A stretch of 64,000 bases of DNA, taken from positions 64,001-128,000 of the forward strand of contig JAYZQJ010000014.1 in the NCBI GenBank assembly GCA_036149055.1. The letters are read 5' to 3'. Below the pieces are notes generated by a model. The model was not told the origin of the DNA, ran no database searches, and worked only from the letters and a program-made list of their open reading frames with translations. The position numbers and the translations under genes were made by a program. Below are positions 8,216 through 17,096 of the stretch, one piece after another; the first letter of the stretch is position 1; each line of letters begins with the position of its first letter. Source of the DNA: Myxococcota bacterium. Lineage in GTDB: Bacteria > Myxococcota_A > Polyangia > Polyangiales > Sandaracinaceae.

Positions 8216-10594
8216 CTAGCGAGAGCGCCGGACCGCGATCCCGAGGAGGGCGATCAGGAGCACGAGCGCCCACCGAGACGACGGCCACTCGCCCGGGGCC
8301 GCGCGACACCGGCACCCTCCGTAGGTGACGACCTCGGCCGCGCCGCCGTCGGGCCGAACACCCCCATCCAGGCCGGCGTCGTCCTCGAGAACACCCGCGT
8401 CGACGGGCAGCCCCGCGTCGCACGTCGCGGGAGTCGTGATCGGGCAGCTGGCGAGGACGCCATCGCACACCACCGGGCCGCCGCACGTGTCCTCGCCGCA
8501 CGCGGTCCCGGCGGACGCGACCGCGTCGGGAGGACAGTCCCACGCGCCTTCCTCGCAGCGCTCCGGGAGGTCGCAGGGGGCAGACGCCGCCCGACAGACG
8601 TCCCCGGCTCTCGTGCCGTCCTCCGGACACTCCGCCTCGACTCCGTCGCAGACCTCGGCCCGATCGCACTCTCCGCGGGCGGGCCGACACACGTGCTCCG
8701 CGGGGAGCGCGGTGCAGCGCCCGTCGGCGGACGCACCCAGCGCGGCCGCGCAGACGACGCAGTCCGCGTCGCTCCCGCCGCCGCACGCGGCGTCGCAGCA
8801 GACTCCGTCCACGCACCAGCCGCTCAGGCAGTCGGCGTCGACCGAGCAGGCGTCCCCCTGCTCCAGGCGGAGCGCGTAGAGCCGGACCGCCCCGGCGTAG
8901 GTCAGCCCCGCGACGGTCTCGAGCCGGCTGCCGACCGCGAGGTGATCTCCCGACCCGGCGAGGCTGACGGCGTAGCCGCTCGGGGCCGGCGGGGTCGGCG
9001 CCTCGAGCGGGGCGTCGAAGACCTCCACGAGCGCGACCGAGCCGCTCGGATCTCTCCGGTACAGGAACGACTGCCCCTGCCGCCCATCGGGCAGCGGCGC
9101 GCCGCTCCAGCCGACGGCGAGGTGGTCTCCCCACGCGGCCAGTCGCCCCCCGAACCCCGGCAGCGGGCTCCCCGGCGTGCCGTGAGTGAGCTGCCCGTCG
9201 TGTACCCACCCCGCCCCATCGCGCGAGAAGAAGTGCACGGCGTTCCCCTGGTAGGTGCCCACCGCGACGCCCCCCCACGGGAGCGCGACGACCGACTCTC
9301 CGAGCCCCCGCGCGCCGGGCGGCCGGGGGAGCTCCCCCTGCAGCGTCCAGCCGCCGGGGTCGCGCCCGTAGTGGAACACGCTGCCGTAGCCCGCGCTGGG
9401 GAAGCTGGTCGGAGCGTCCTGACGCGACGCGCCCCAAAGGAGCGAGCCTCCGACGAATGCGAGGTACTCCGACGAGATCGTGCACACCCGCTGATCGGCG
9501 CGGGGCCCCGGCAGCTCGGCCTCCTGGGTGTAGGTCCGGTCGGCCGCCCGGCGGAAGACGTAGGCCCGCCCCGGGTCGTCGCTGAACCCCTGGCATGCGC
9601 CGACCGCGAGGGTGTCCCCCTCGATCGCCAGCGCCTTCCCGAACCAGAGCTCCGCGCGCGCGCCCGTCGGGACCACGGTGGAGTCCAGCGTCCACGCGCC
9701 GCCGTCCAGGCGGTGCACGTACACGGCCCCGCCGACCTCGGCCCGGGGAGCGCCGACGAAGAGGTCGTCTCCGACGAGCTCCAGCGTCAGCCCGAAGGCG
9801 TCCCCGCTCCGGGGGCTCGGCGCCATGAGGGTGGAGTGATGGACCCAACCTCCGCCGCTCCGTTCGTAGACGAGCACCCGGCCCGGGCCTCCGCTGACCG
9901 CGCCCGCGAACACGTAGTCGTCGTTCATGACCACGCTGGCCCCGAGCTCCTCACGCGCCGGCGGCGCGCCGACCAGACGGGCCGTCTCCCCCCAGATGAG
10001 GGGATCGACGAGCACGGGGTAGACGGCGTCCCGATCGTCGATCGCGAGGACCACGCCCCCACGCGCGGCCCGCATCGAGATCGGGAGCGGCCGCCCGGTC
10101 GCGTCCCAGGCCGCCGGTGAGTCGTAGCCGAAGGCGCGGCGGCCCTCCGCGTAGAGGGCCACGCCCGTCGCCTCGTCGCGGACCTCGACCGGGCCGGTGA
10201 CCGCCACCCGCAGCTCGAGCGCGCCCTCTCCCGGTGGGCGCCGGTCGAGCCACCAGAGCTGCTCCACCGCGTCTCCCTCCCGGGAGAACCACTCCAGCGC
10301 GCCGTCGTGCGCGTAGACCCGCTTCTGACCGACGTCTCGCCCCTCGCTGGGCTTCGCGGAGCGCCACGGTCCTCGCTCGCGCTGCCAGCCGAGCGTCTGG
10401 AAGCGCACCGCGAGGCCCCCGTGGCTGAGCTCGATCCCGCCCGCGCGGAGCGCGATCTGCAGCCTCGAGCGGCGCTCGGAGGCGAGCCGGTTCGCGGCGG
10501 GCGCAGCGGCCCGGAGCTCCGCGCGCGGGCTCACGCACCCGGTGAGCGCGGCGACGGCCAGCGCCGCGAGCCAACCCGCCCGCCGAGCCCTCAC
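8216..10594 (-). CDS. FG-GAP repeat surface protein with disintegrin-like Cys-rich region and MYXO-CTERM-type anchor
   Basis: YPVLVDP, FG/LG..xVGA repeats, CRPARGECDRAEVCDG, C-terminus GGCRCRAAPG...ALVLLIALLGIAVRRSR; start estimated from lipobox LTGC. Confidence 0.8.
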   Translation of the reverse strand: MRARRAGWLAALAVAALTGCVSPRAELRAAAPAANRLASERRSRLQIALRAGGIELSHGGLAVRFQTLGWQRERGPWRSAKPSEGRDVGQKRVYAHDGALEWFSREGDAVEQLWWLDRRPPGEGALELRVAVTGPVEVRDEATGVALYAEGRRAFGYDSPAAWDATGRPLPISMRAARGGVVLAIDDRDAVYPVLVDPLIWGETARLVGAPPAREELGASVVMNDDYVFAGAVSGGPGRVLVYERSGGGWVHHSTLMAPSPRSGDAFGLTLELVGDDLFVGAPRAEVGGAVYVHRLDGGAWTLDSTVVPTGARAELWFGKALAIEGDTLAVGACQGFSDDPGRAYVFRRAADRTYTQEAELPGPRADQRVCTISSEYLAFVGGSLLWGASRQDAPTSFPSAGYGSVFHYGRDPGGWTLQGELPRPPGARGLGESVVALPWGGVAVGTYQGNAVHFFSRDGAGWVHDGQLTHGTPGSPLPGFGGRLAAWGDHLAVGWSGAPLPDGRQGQSFLYRRDPSGSVALVEVFDAPLEAPTPPAPSGYAVSLAGSGDHLAVGSRLETVAGLTYAGAVRLYALRLEQGDACSVDADCLSGWCVDGVCCDAACGGGSDADCVVCAAALGASADGRCTALPAEHVCRPARGECDRAEVCDGVEAECPEDGTRAGDVCRAASAPCDLPERCEEGAWDCPPDAVASAGTACGEDTCGGPVVCDGVLASCPITTPATCDAGLPVDAGVLEDDAGLDGGVRPDGGAAEVVTYGGCRCRAAPGEWPSSRWALVLLIALLGIAVRRSR

Positions 10595-10751
10595 GAGGCC
10601 CCCTCCGGCAGAGTCGGCGCGCGCCGCGGGGCGAGGGTCGAGATGCGAGAGCCTCGTTCCAGAGAAGGGCACCCGCTCACGATCACCCGCGCGCCTGAAT
10701 GATGTCAATCGACCCTGGCGAGCCTCCACCTCACCTCGAGCGACGGAGGCG

Positions 10752-12212
10752 TCATCTCGGGCGGTAGAGGAAGACGTCCGCCTCGGTGCTGGAGACGCCG
10801 ACGAAGACGTCGTAGCGGGCGCTGTACTGGAAGCGGCCGAAGACGCCGTTGTCGGTGGCCGGGCCGGGGTCGTCGCCGGCGGCGTCGACGCGGGTCCAGG
10901 CGTTCGTCGTGAAGTCGTAGGCGTGGACCGCGCGGCCGCCGTGCCAGCCGATGAGGCGATCGGTGCGGGGGTGGTAGGCGAAGGCGGCGCCCACCGCGTC
11001 GACGAGCGCGGTGTCGCCGGTGGAGGCGACCATGGTCGGCGCGGCGCTCGGGGCGGCGAGCTCGTAGCGGAGCATCGAGCCGGACCCGATGTGGAAGAGC
11101 TCGCCGGTGCTCTCGCGCACCACCGAGTCCTTGCCGTTGCGCCAGCCGCCCCAGGGGTTGAGGTCGTAGCTCTCGTGGGCCTCGGTCGTCGCGTCGAAGC
11201 GGCCGAGGCGACCGCCCGAGTCCTTGCCCGAGATCCAGACGGCCCCGCTCCAGTACTGGGTGAAGCCGCCGAAGCCCGGCACGCTGCCGACCTCGGGGAC
11301 CGGCGAGGCGAGGCGACTCCAGCGCTCGGCGGTGAAGTCGTAGCAGTCCACCCACGCGTGGCTCGTCTGCCCGCTCGGGTACAGCGCGACCGCGCCGAAC
11401 GCGCAGAGGGCGTCCCGCTCGGGCACGTAGGTGAGGCCGTCGTAGGTGTGGCGAGAGCGCGGGTGCTGCCAGTCGATCAGGTCGACGTAGGGCGCCTGAT
11501 CGCAGAGCTCGGGGCGGAGGTAGGTGAGCTCGCCGGTGCGCCGGTTGCGCTGGCGGTCCGCGTCCGGCACCGCGTCCACGTCGAACGGGCCGCGCGCGTA
11601 GTAGCCGCAGGACTCGAAGAGGCGCGCGCCCTCGGCCGACTGGTCCGCGTCCGGGTGCTCGCTCGGGGTCGTGAGGCGCTGCCAGCTCAGGGTGTCGAGG
11701 TCGAAGGCGTAGAGCTCCTCGCCGCCGTAGTCCGCGTGGCCGCCGCCGAAGATCACGAGCCGCTGCCGCCGGGTGTCGAAGACGGCGCCGCTCCAGCCGC
11801 CGACGATGGACCGGAAGCGCCCCGGCGGGCAGACCCCGATCGTGTCGCACGGGTCGAGCTGCGACAGCTCGGTGCCCGGCACGCTCCCGAACGCCCCCGG
11901 CTCGAGCCCGGCGAGGAAGTCGTGGATCGGGAGATCGCAGTCGCCCTCGTTGGCCTCCGACTCCGCGTCCGCGTCGAGGCAGCCGCAGTCCTCGGGGAAG
12001 TCGAAGAGCCCGTCTCCGTCGTTGTCGAGCCCGTCGGCGCAGGCGCTCACCGGCCCCTCGTCGCCGCCCGAGCCGGAGTCCATCGCCCCCGCGTCTGCGG
12101 CGGCGCCCGCGTCGATCGCGGCGCTGCCGTCCGGCGAGGTGCCGGCGTCGAGGTGGAGCTCGCCGTCGGAGCAAGCGACGAGGAGCAGCGAAGCCAAGAA
12201 GAGTCGAGTCAT
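10752..12212 (-). CDS. lipoprotein with CxDGxDNDGDG metal-binding motif and Kelch-like beta-propeller
   Basis: Lipobox LVAC; CADGLDNDGDGLFDFPEDCGC; WSGAVFD..LVIFGGGHADYGG. Confidence 0.75.
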   Translation of the reverse strand: MTRLFLASLLLVACSDGELHLDAGTSPDGSAAIDAGAAADAGAMDSGSGGDEGPVSACADGLDNDGDGLFDFPEDCGCLDADAESEANEGDCDLPIHDFLAGLEPGAFGSVPGTELSQLDPCDTIGVCPPGRFRSIVGGWSGAVFDTRRQRLVIFGGGHADYGGEELYAFDLDTLSWQRLTTPSEHPDADQSAEGARLFESCGYYARGPFDVDAVPDADRQRNRRTGELTYLRPELCDQAPYVDLIDWQHPRSRHTYDGLTYVPERDALCAFGAVALYPSGQTSHAWVDCYDFTAERWSRLASPVPEVGSVPGFGGFTQYWSGAVWISGKDSGGRLGRFDATTEAHESYDLNPWGGWRNGKDSVVRESTGELFHIGSGSMLRYELAAPSAAPTMVASTGDTALVDAVGAAFAYHPRTDRLIGWHGGRAVHAYDFTTNAWTRVDAAGDDPGPATDNGVFGRFQYSARYDVFVGVSSTEADVFLYRPR

Positions 12213-12239
12213 GGCCACACGCTGCCCGGCAGAGGCCGC

Positions 12240-12344
12240 CGCGACGATTACCCCGCCTGCGCGGGTCGGCGCGGATGGCGCGCTCGAGGGCCTTGGCGTC
12301 GAGGGACTGAATGGAGCGGACGAGGTCGTCGACGATCTCCTCGC
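12240..12344. repeat. direct repeat copy 1: degenerate duplicate of 13193-13330
   Basis: Identical to 13193-13330 apart from a 33-bp deletion and one substitution (gactgaatgg vs gactgcatgg). Confidence 0.95.
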
Positions 12345-12351
12345 AAGCGAC

Positions 12352-13146
12352 CTACCCCTGCTGGACGACCACGTTCGGACCGAGATCCTCCTGCATCCGA
12401 CGCCGGTCCGGCTCGCCCAGCTGCGGGTGGTAGACGTTGAGGGTCAACGGCTCGGGGCGCTCGACGCGGCCGATCTCGCGGCCCTGGCGAGCGAGATCGA
12501 GCGCGGTCTCGGCCCGAACGCAGAGGGTCTGGAGGCGCGAAGTCTCGAGCAGGAGGCGAGCGTGCTCCGCGTCGGCCCGCTGGGCGTTGAGGACCAGCTT
12601 ACGAAGGCGACGCCGGGAACGGAGGCCCTCGATCACGCCTCGGTCGAGCGGACACGGCGACGCCCAACCCAACTGAAACGGGTCGAGCACGTCGAGCAGG
12701 TTGGCCACGAGCTCGGGCGCGCGAGGGCTGCGCCGCGGGTCTACGACCGCGACTCCGAGACGCTCCACGGCGTCGACGACCTCGGGCGAGAGCGGCGGGA
12801 TGGGAGTCGTGGGCAGCTCGGTGACCACACTGAAGCTCCAGGGACGAAGCGCCTGGAGCAGCCGCGCGACGCCGGCGCCCGACAGACGATGCCGAGCCTC
12901 GAGGCTCAGGCCCTCGACTTCGCTTCCCTCACACGCCGCCGCGGTCTCGTCGACGTGCGCATCACAGAACCCGTTGCTGACGCCGAGCCAAACTCTGGCG
13001 TTCCGGGCATCCACATCCCCGGGAGTGTCGACCACCGAGTCGCCACTCTCTCTGTACAGGACCCAGTGCGCCGGGGCGTCGACGTACACGACGCCGGCCT
13101 ACCGCCCGTCTCGGCGCAACTGAAGCTCGCGCGTCTCGAAGCCCAT
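12352..13146 (-). pseudogene. hypothetical gene inside the duplicated-end insertion, probably interrupted by a premature TAG
   Basis: ATG at 13146 reads MGFETRELQLRRDGR, in-frame TAG at 13101-13099, then continues in frame into the 245-aa ORF; codon usage looks atypical; could instead start at GTG 13089. Confidence 0.5.
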
Positions 13147-13192
13147 GAGACGGAAGCATAGCACGCCAGACTCACCGAGGACGAGAGGTCGA

Positions 13193-13330
13193 CGCGACGA
13201 TTACCCCGCCTGCGCGGGTCGGGTCACGGCTCGTCGGGCTTCGGGCGCTCGGAGGCGCGGATGGCGCGCTCGAGGGCCTTGGCGTCGAGGGACTGCATGG
13301 AGCGGACGAGGTCGTCGACGATCTCCTCGC
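13193..13330. repeat. direct repeat copy 2: intact 3' end plus downstream 30 bp of the NTT/HEAT gene
   Basis: cgcgacgattaccccgcctgcgcgggtcgg ... gacgatctcctcgc shared with 12240-12344. Confidence 0.95.
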
Positions 13331-15467
13331 GGCTGCGTCGCTTGCGGATCTCCACCCGCACGTCGAGCATCGGGAAGAGCGCCTCCTTGATGTCCTCGGG
13401 GAGCACGTTCTCGAGGTACTCGAGCGCGGTGCCGCGGAGCTTGCCGTCCTCGGTGGCGAGCGCGACCAGCGAGAGACGGAGCGGCTCGGGGTCGTAGGCG
13501 AGGCTGAGGACCGTGAAGACGTGCTCGACGCTGCGGTGCACGCGGTCGCGGCGGGCCTTGTCGAGCAGCGGCGCGTCCTCGTCGGTGTCGTCGTCGAGCA
13601 GGCGGCGCTGCTCCCAGACCTTGCGGCCGATGCCGAGCTCGCTCTTCACCGCCGCGTGCACCGTCTCGACCGCGAGGCGGCGCTCGGGGTGGCGGGTCGC
13701 GATGCGGGACAGGGCGAGCGCGCAGCGGTAGCGCACCTCGAAGAGGGAGTCGTCGAGGCCGCGAGCGAGGCCGTCGAACGCCTCGGGCGCGTCGCAGACC
13801 TCGAGCACCCGCGGGAGGCGTCGCCGGATCGCGAAGGGCTGGTCGGCGTCGGCCACCGCCTCGGACAGCTCGGTCGGGATCTCGTCGGCGATCCCGCGCA
13901 GGGCGCGGATGGCGTCGTGGTGCACGTCGCGCCGGGCGAGGAGCGCGATGGCGAAGGGCGCGAGCCGCGGGTCGAGGACCTCGTCGGTCAGCGCGGCGCG
14001 GATCTCGTCGGGGGTGCCGCTGCGCAGGGTGCGGGCGCGGGCGTGCACCGGATCGTCGGCCGGCGCGTCGATCCCGTCCGGCGGCACGGAGGGCGCGCTG
14101 TCGACCGTGGGGTGGGTGCTGCGGTCGCTCCAGGACTGGTGCGCGGCGAGCTGCTCGAAGAGCGCCTCACGGTCGAGGCCGAGGGTGGAGAGCGTCTGCA
14201 GGGTCGCGGCCTCGAGCACCGCGCGCTCGGCGGCGAAGGGCGTGCCCTGCCGCAGGCTCTCCTCGAGCTGGCCGACGTAGCCCTTGTGGAGGCGGCGGGC
14301 GATGACGAGGCTGAGGGCGGCGAACGCGGCCGCGAAGCCGAGCACGAGGTCGAGCGACACCGCGGGGGCGACGGCGAGGATGACGATCACGACGCCGCTG
14401 CCGAGCGCGTCGCCCACCCGGTTGCCGGCCACGTCGATGAGCGCCTTGGTCGGGCGCTTCTTCTCCGGCGACACCGGCGTGTAGAGCAGCTCGTAGCCGC
14501 TCCGGAAGATGCTGTTGGCCAGCACGAGCTCCGCCGCGCGGGCGACGACGACGGTGCCGATGCGGGTGAGCCCGGCCGCGACCGCCGCCGTCATGAGCAC
14601 CACCGTGGGCAGGGTGGCCACGCTGCCCGCGACGCCGAGCCGCTCGAGCGCCGGCTTGGCGGCCACCGTCTGGAGCAGCAGCGAGAGCACCGCCGCGCCC
14701 ACGTGGAAGATGGCGAAGAAGCTCAGCATGTCCTGCGAGCCCTGCTCGAACTGCCGGGCCGCCTCGGCCTTGAAGGCGTAGTCCAGCAGGCCCGCGCTCA
14801 CCGCGGTGAGCACCACGATCGCGGCCAGGGCGCGCAGGTAGGGCGCGCGCAGCAGCACGCGGAGGCCCGAGGTGCTCGCCGCCACCGGGTCGTCGTGCTC
14901 GCCCTCCCCGCCCCCGATCCGCGCCACGCCGAGCGCGGCCAGCCCGTTGAGGCCGGCGAGCACCACGAGCATCGCGTTGGCGTCGAACGCCTCGCCGACC
15001 CGCCACGCGACGATGCCGCCGACCACGCCGCCGACGGTCGCGCCCGTGCCGATGCGGCTCACCATGCCCTTGGCGGAGTGGGGGTCGAAGCGCTCGTTGA
15101 CGACCGACCAGAAGCCGCTGATCACGAGCGCGCCGAAGACCGCCGTGTGGAGGAAGAGCACGACCGCGATCGGGCGCGGCGCCTGGTCGACGAGCAGCCA
15201 CTCCGTCAGGTAGAGCGCGCCGCTGACCCCGAACGCGACCGGCACGACCCGGGCCGGGCCGAAGCGCGCGAACGCCCGCGAGGCCGCGAAGACGGCGACC
15301 ATCGACGCGGCGGCCGAGGCGATGACCACCCGCGGGAGGTCCTCCGCGTCGAAGCTCGACAGGAAGAGCGCGTCCCGCGTGGCCTTGCTGCCGACCTGCT
15401 GGGCGATCATCACCGCCGCGGAGATCAGCGCGGCGAGCGCGGCTCGCCGGTCCGTGTTTCGCGCCAC
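13224..15467 (-). CDS. Npt1/Npt2 (ATP/ADP translocase-like) MFS transporter fused to HEAT repeats
   Basis: KATRDALFLSSF, FWSVVNERFDPHSAK, GLLDYAFK, RSGYELLYTPV..KRPTKALID; C-terminal HEAT-like helices (LRGTALEYLENVLP). Confidence 0.82.
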   Translation of the reverse strand: MARNTDRRAALAALISAAVMIAQQVGSKATRDALFLSSFDAEDLPRVVIASAAASMVAVFAASRAFARFGPARVVPVAFGVSGALYLTEWLLVDQAPRPIAVVLFLHTAVFGALVISGFWSVVNERFDPHSAKGMVSRIGTGATVGGVVGGIVAWRVGEAFDANAMLVVLAGLNGLAALGVARIGGGEGEHDDPVAASTSGLRVLLRAPYLRALAAIVVLTAVSAGLLDYAFKAEAARQFEQGSQDMLSFFAIFHVGAAVLSLLLQTVAAKPALERLGVAGSVATLPTVVLMTAAVAAGLTRIGTVVVARAAELVLANSIFRSGYELLYTPVSPEKKRPTKALIDVAGNRVGDALGSGVVIVILAVAPAVSLDLVLGFAAAFAALSLVIARRLHKGYVGQLEESLRQGTPFAAERAVLEAATLQTLSTLGLDREALFEQLAAHQSWSDRSTHPTVDSAPSVPPDGIDAPADDPVHARARTLRSGTPDEIRAALTDEVLDPRLAPFAIALLARRDVHHDAIRALRGIADEIPTELSEAVADADQPFAIRRRLPRVLEVCDAPEAFDGLARGLDDSLFEVRYRCALALSRIATRHPERRLAVETVHAAVKSELGIGRKVWEQRRLLDDDTDEDAPLLDKARRDRVHRSVEHVFTVLSLAYDPEPLRLSLVALATEDGKLRGTALEYLENVLPEDIKEALFPMLDVRVEIRKRRSREEIVDDLVRSMQSLDAKALERAIRASERPKPDEP

Positions 15468-15536
15468 GGCGCGAGGATAGCCCGAGGGCTCCGGTGCGCC
15501 CACGGGCTATCCGTCCGCTGCGTTCGGCGGCGGAGC

Positions 15537-17096
15537 TCAGCGGAGGAAGTACGGGGTCGCCACCGCGCTGCGGCACTGCCAGTTGAAGCTGCGCACGTGG
15601 GGCGCCCTCCCCTGGGCGCGCAGCCCCTCGAGCAGCTCCAGCGCGACGGCCCGGAGCGACGCGTCCTCCCGCCCGTCGAGGTGCCAGGCCATGGCGACCA
15701 GGTAGGCGCTCTCGCCCCAGTGCTCGTCGTAGCGATCGGGCTCGTCCTCGTCGGTGCCGACGCCCATGAAGTAGAAGGGCTTGCCCGAGGCGTCCCGCCC
15801 GTCGCGCGCGACGATCCGGCCGAGCTGGACGAGCGAGGCGTGCACGCGCTCGGCCTCGGCGCCGCCGCGCAGCGCGGCGTAGGCGTGGAGGCCGTCGGCG
15901 AGGATCGCGCTCATCCAGGGGCTGCAGCCGAAGTAGCCGTAGCCCTCGCCGTGCGCGTCGGCGTGGTGCGCGAAGCAGCGCGCGTCGGGGTCGCCGTAGC
16001 CCTCGGGGTAGGTCGCCTGGATGTCCAGGTAGGCGTCCACCGACGCCTCGGCGAGGCGCACGTAGTCCTCGGCGCGGTCGTCGGACACGATCGCGGCCCA
16101 CACATAGGCGAGCAGCGCGAAGCCGGCGTGGCGCTCGGTCCAGAAGTCGGAGCCGCCGGCGTAGCCCGGGCTCGTCCACATCTCCGCGACCCGGTCGGCC
16201 ACCGCCTCCACCGCCTCCCGGTACCGCTCGTCGCCGGTGAGGAGGTAGTGGAGGGCCATGCCCTGCGTGTAGTGGTACTTGAGGTCCCGCTCGGCGCCGG
16301 GCACGCCGATGCGGACCGAGCCGTCGGTCTCGCTGATCCCCTCGCGGTAGAGCGTGGCCTCGCGGTACGCCGATCGGAGCGGCGAGCGCGCGCCGGTGCG
16401 GGCGTGGCCGCGGTACATCGCGGTGACCCGGTCGAAGAGCCAGACCGCGCGGGAGTCGCTGCCCGGGAGGAAGGCGTCGGTGTCGTGTCGCTCGTAGTCG
16501 CAGACGCCGTCCCACGCGCCGCCCAGCTCCGGCGCGAGCTCGGACTCGGCGACGAGCGGCCCGAGGACTCCGCTGGACGCGAGCCAGGTGGGCGGCACGA
16601 GGACCCACACCCGGGGCTCGTCGCCCTGGAGGGTGTCGGCGACCGGCGCCGCGTCGAGCTCGGCCGTCCCGGGGGCCGCGCCGACCTCGATCGTCAGCTC
16701 CGCCTCGCTCGCCGGGAGCTCGACCTGGATCCGCACGCTCCGCAGGCTGCCGTCGGGCCAGCGCGCGAGACCCAGGCGCGAGGCGGCGAGCTCCTCGGCC
16801 CCGGACCGCACGACGACGCGCGACGCGTCCGAGAGCGCGCCGGGCGCGAGCGGGAGCGCGAAGCTCACCCGCTCCACGCCGCTCGCCTCGGTGTTGGGGA
16901 CGACGCGGACGGAGACCGAGGTCGGCGCAGGCGGGCGCCCTGCGTCTTCGTCCACGCGGCCGGCGTCCGGCGACGCGGCGTCGGCGAGGGCCTCGCTAGC
17001 GTCGCGCGCGCCGCCGTCCACGTCTTCCGGCGCGGCGCCGTCGCAGGCCGTCAGCGTCAACGCGAGCGCGAGGAGGCGCAGGCGGTCACTCGCCAC
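15537..17096 (-). CDS. lipoprotein with PcRGLX/YetA-like N-terminal barrel and alpha/alpha-toroid domain (putative glycan lyase/hydrolase)
   Basis: Lipobox LTAC; VSFALPLAPGAL...LARWPDGSLRSV; YLLTGDERYRE. Confidence 0.65.
   Translation of the reverse strand: MASDRLRLLALALTLTACDGAAPEDVDGGARDASEALADAASPDAGRVDEDAGRPPAPTSVSVRVVPNTEASGVERVSFALPLAPGALSDASRVVVRSGAEELAASRLGLARWPDGSLRSVRIQVELPASEAELTIEVGAAPGTAELDAAPVADTLQGDEPRVWVLVPPTWLASSGVLGPLVAESELAPELGGAWDGVCDYERHDTDAFLPGSDSRAVWLFDRVTAMYRGHARTGARSPLRSAYREATLYREGISETDGSVRIGVPGAERDLKYHYTQGMALHYLLTGDERYREAVEAVADRVAEMWTSPGYAGGSDFWTERHAGFALLAYVWAAIVSDDRAEDYVRLAEASVDAYLDIQATYPEGYGDPDARCFAHHADAHGEGYGYFGCSPWMSAILADGLHAYAALRGGAEAERVHASLVQLGRIVARDGRDASGKPFYFMGVGTDEDEPDRYDEHWGESAYLVAMAWHLDGREDASLRAVALELLEGLRAQGRAPHVRSFNWQCRSAVATPYFLR

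Noticed and set aside
8199..8220. 9-bp direct repeat gtctctagc at the junction of two convergent genes, as a target-site duplication
   Set aside because: Only 4 bp lie between the copies and no element is present; too short to distinguish from chance
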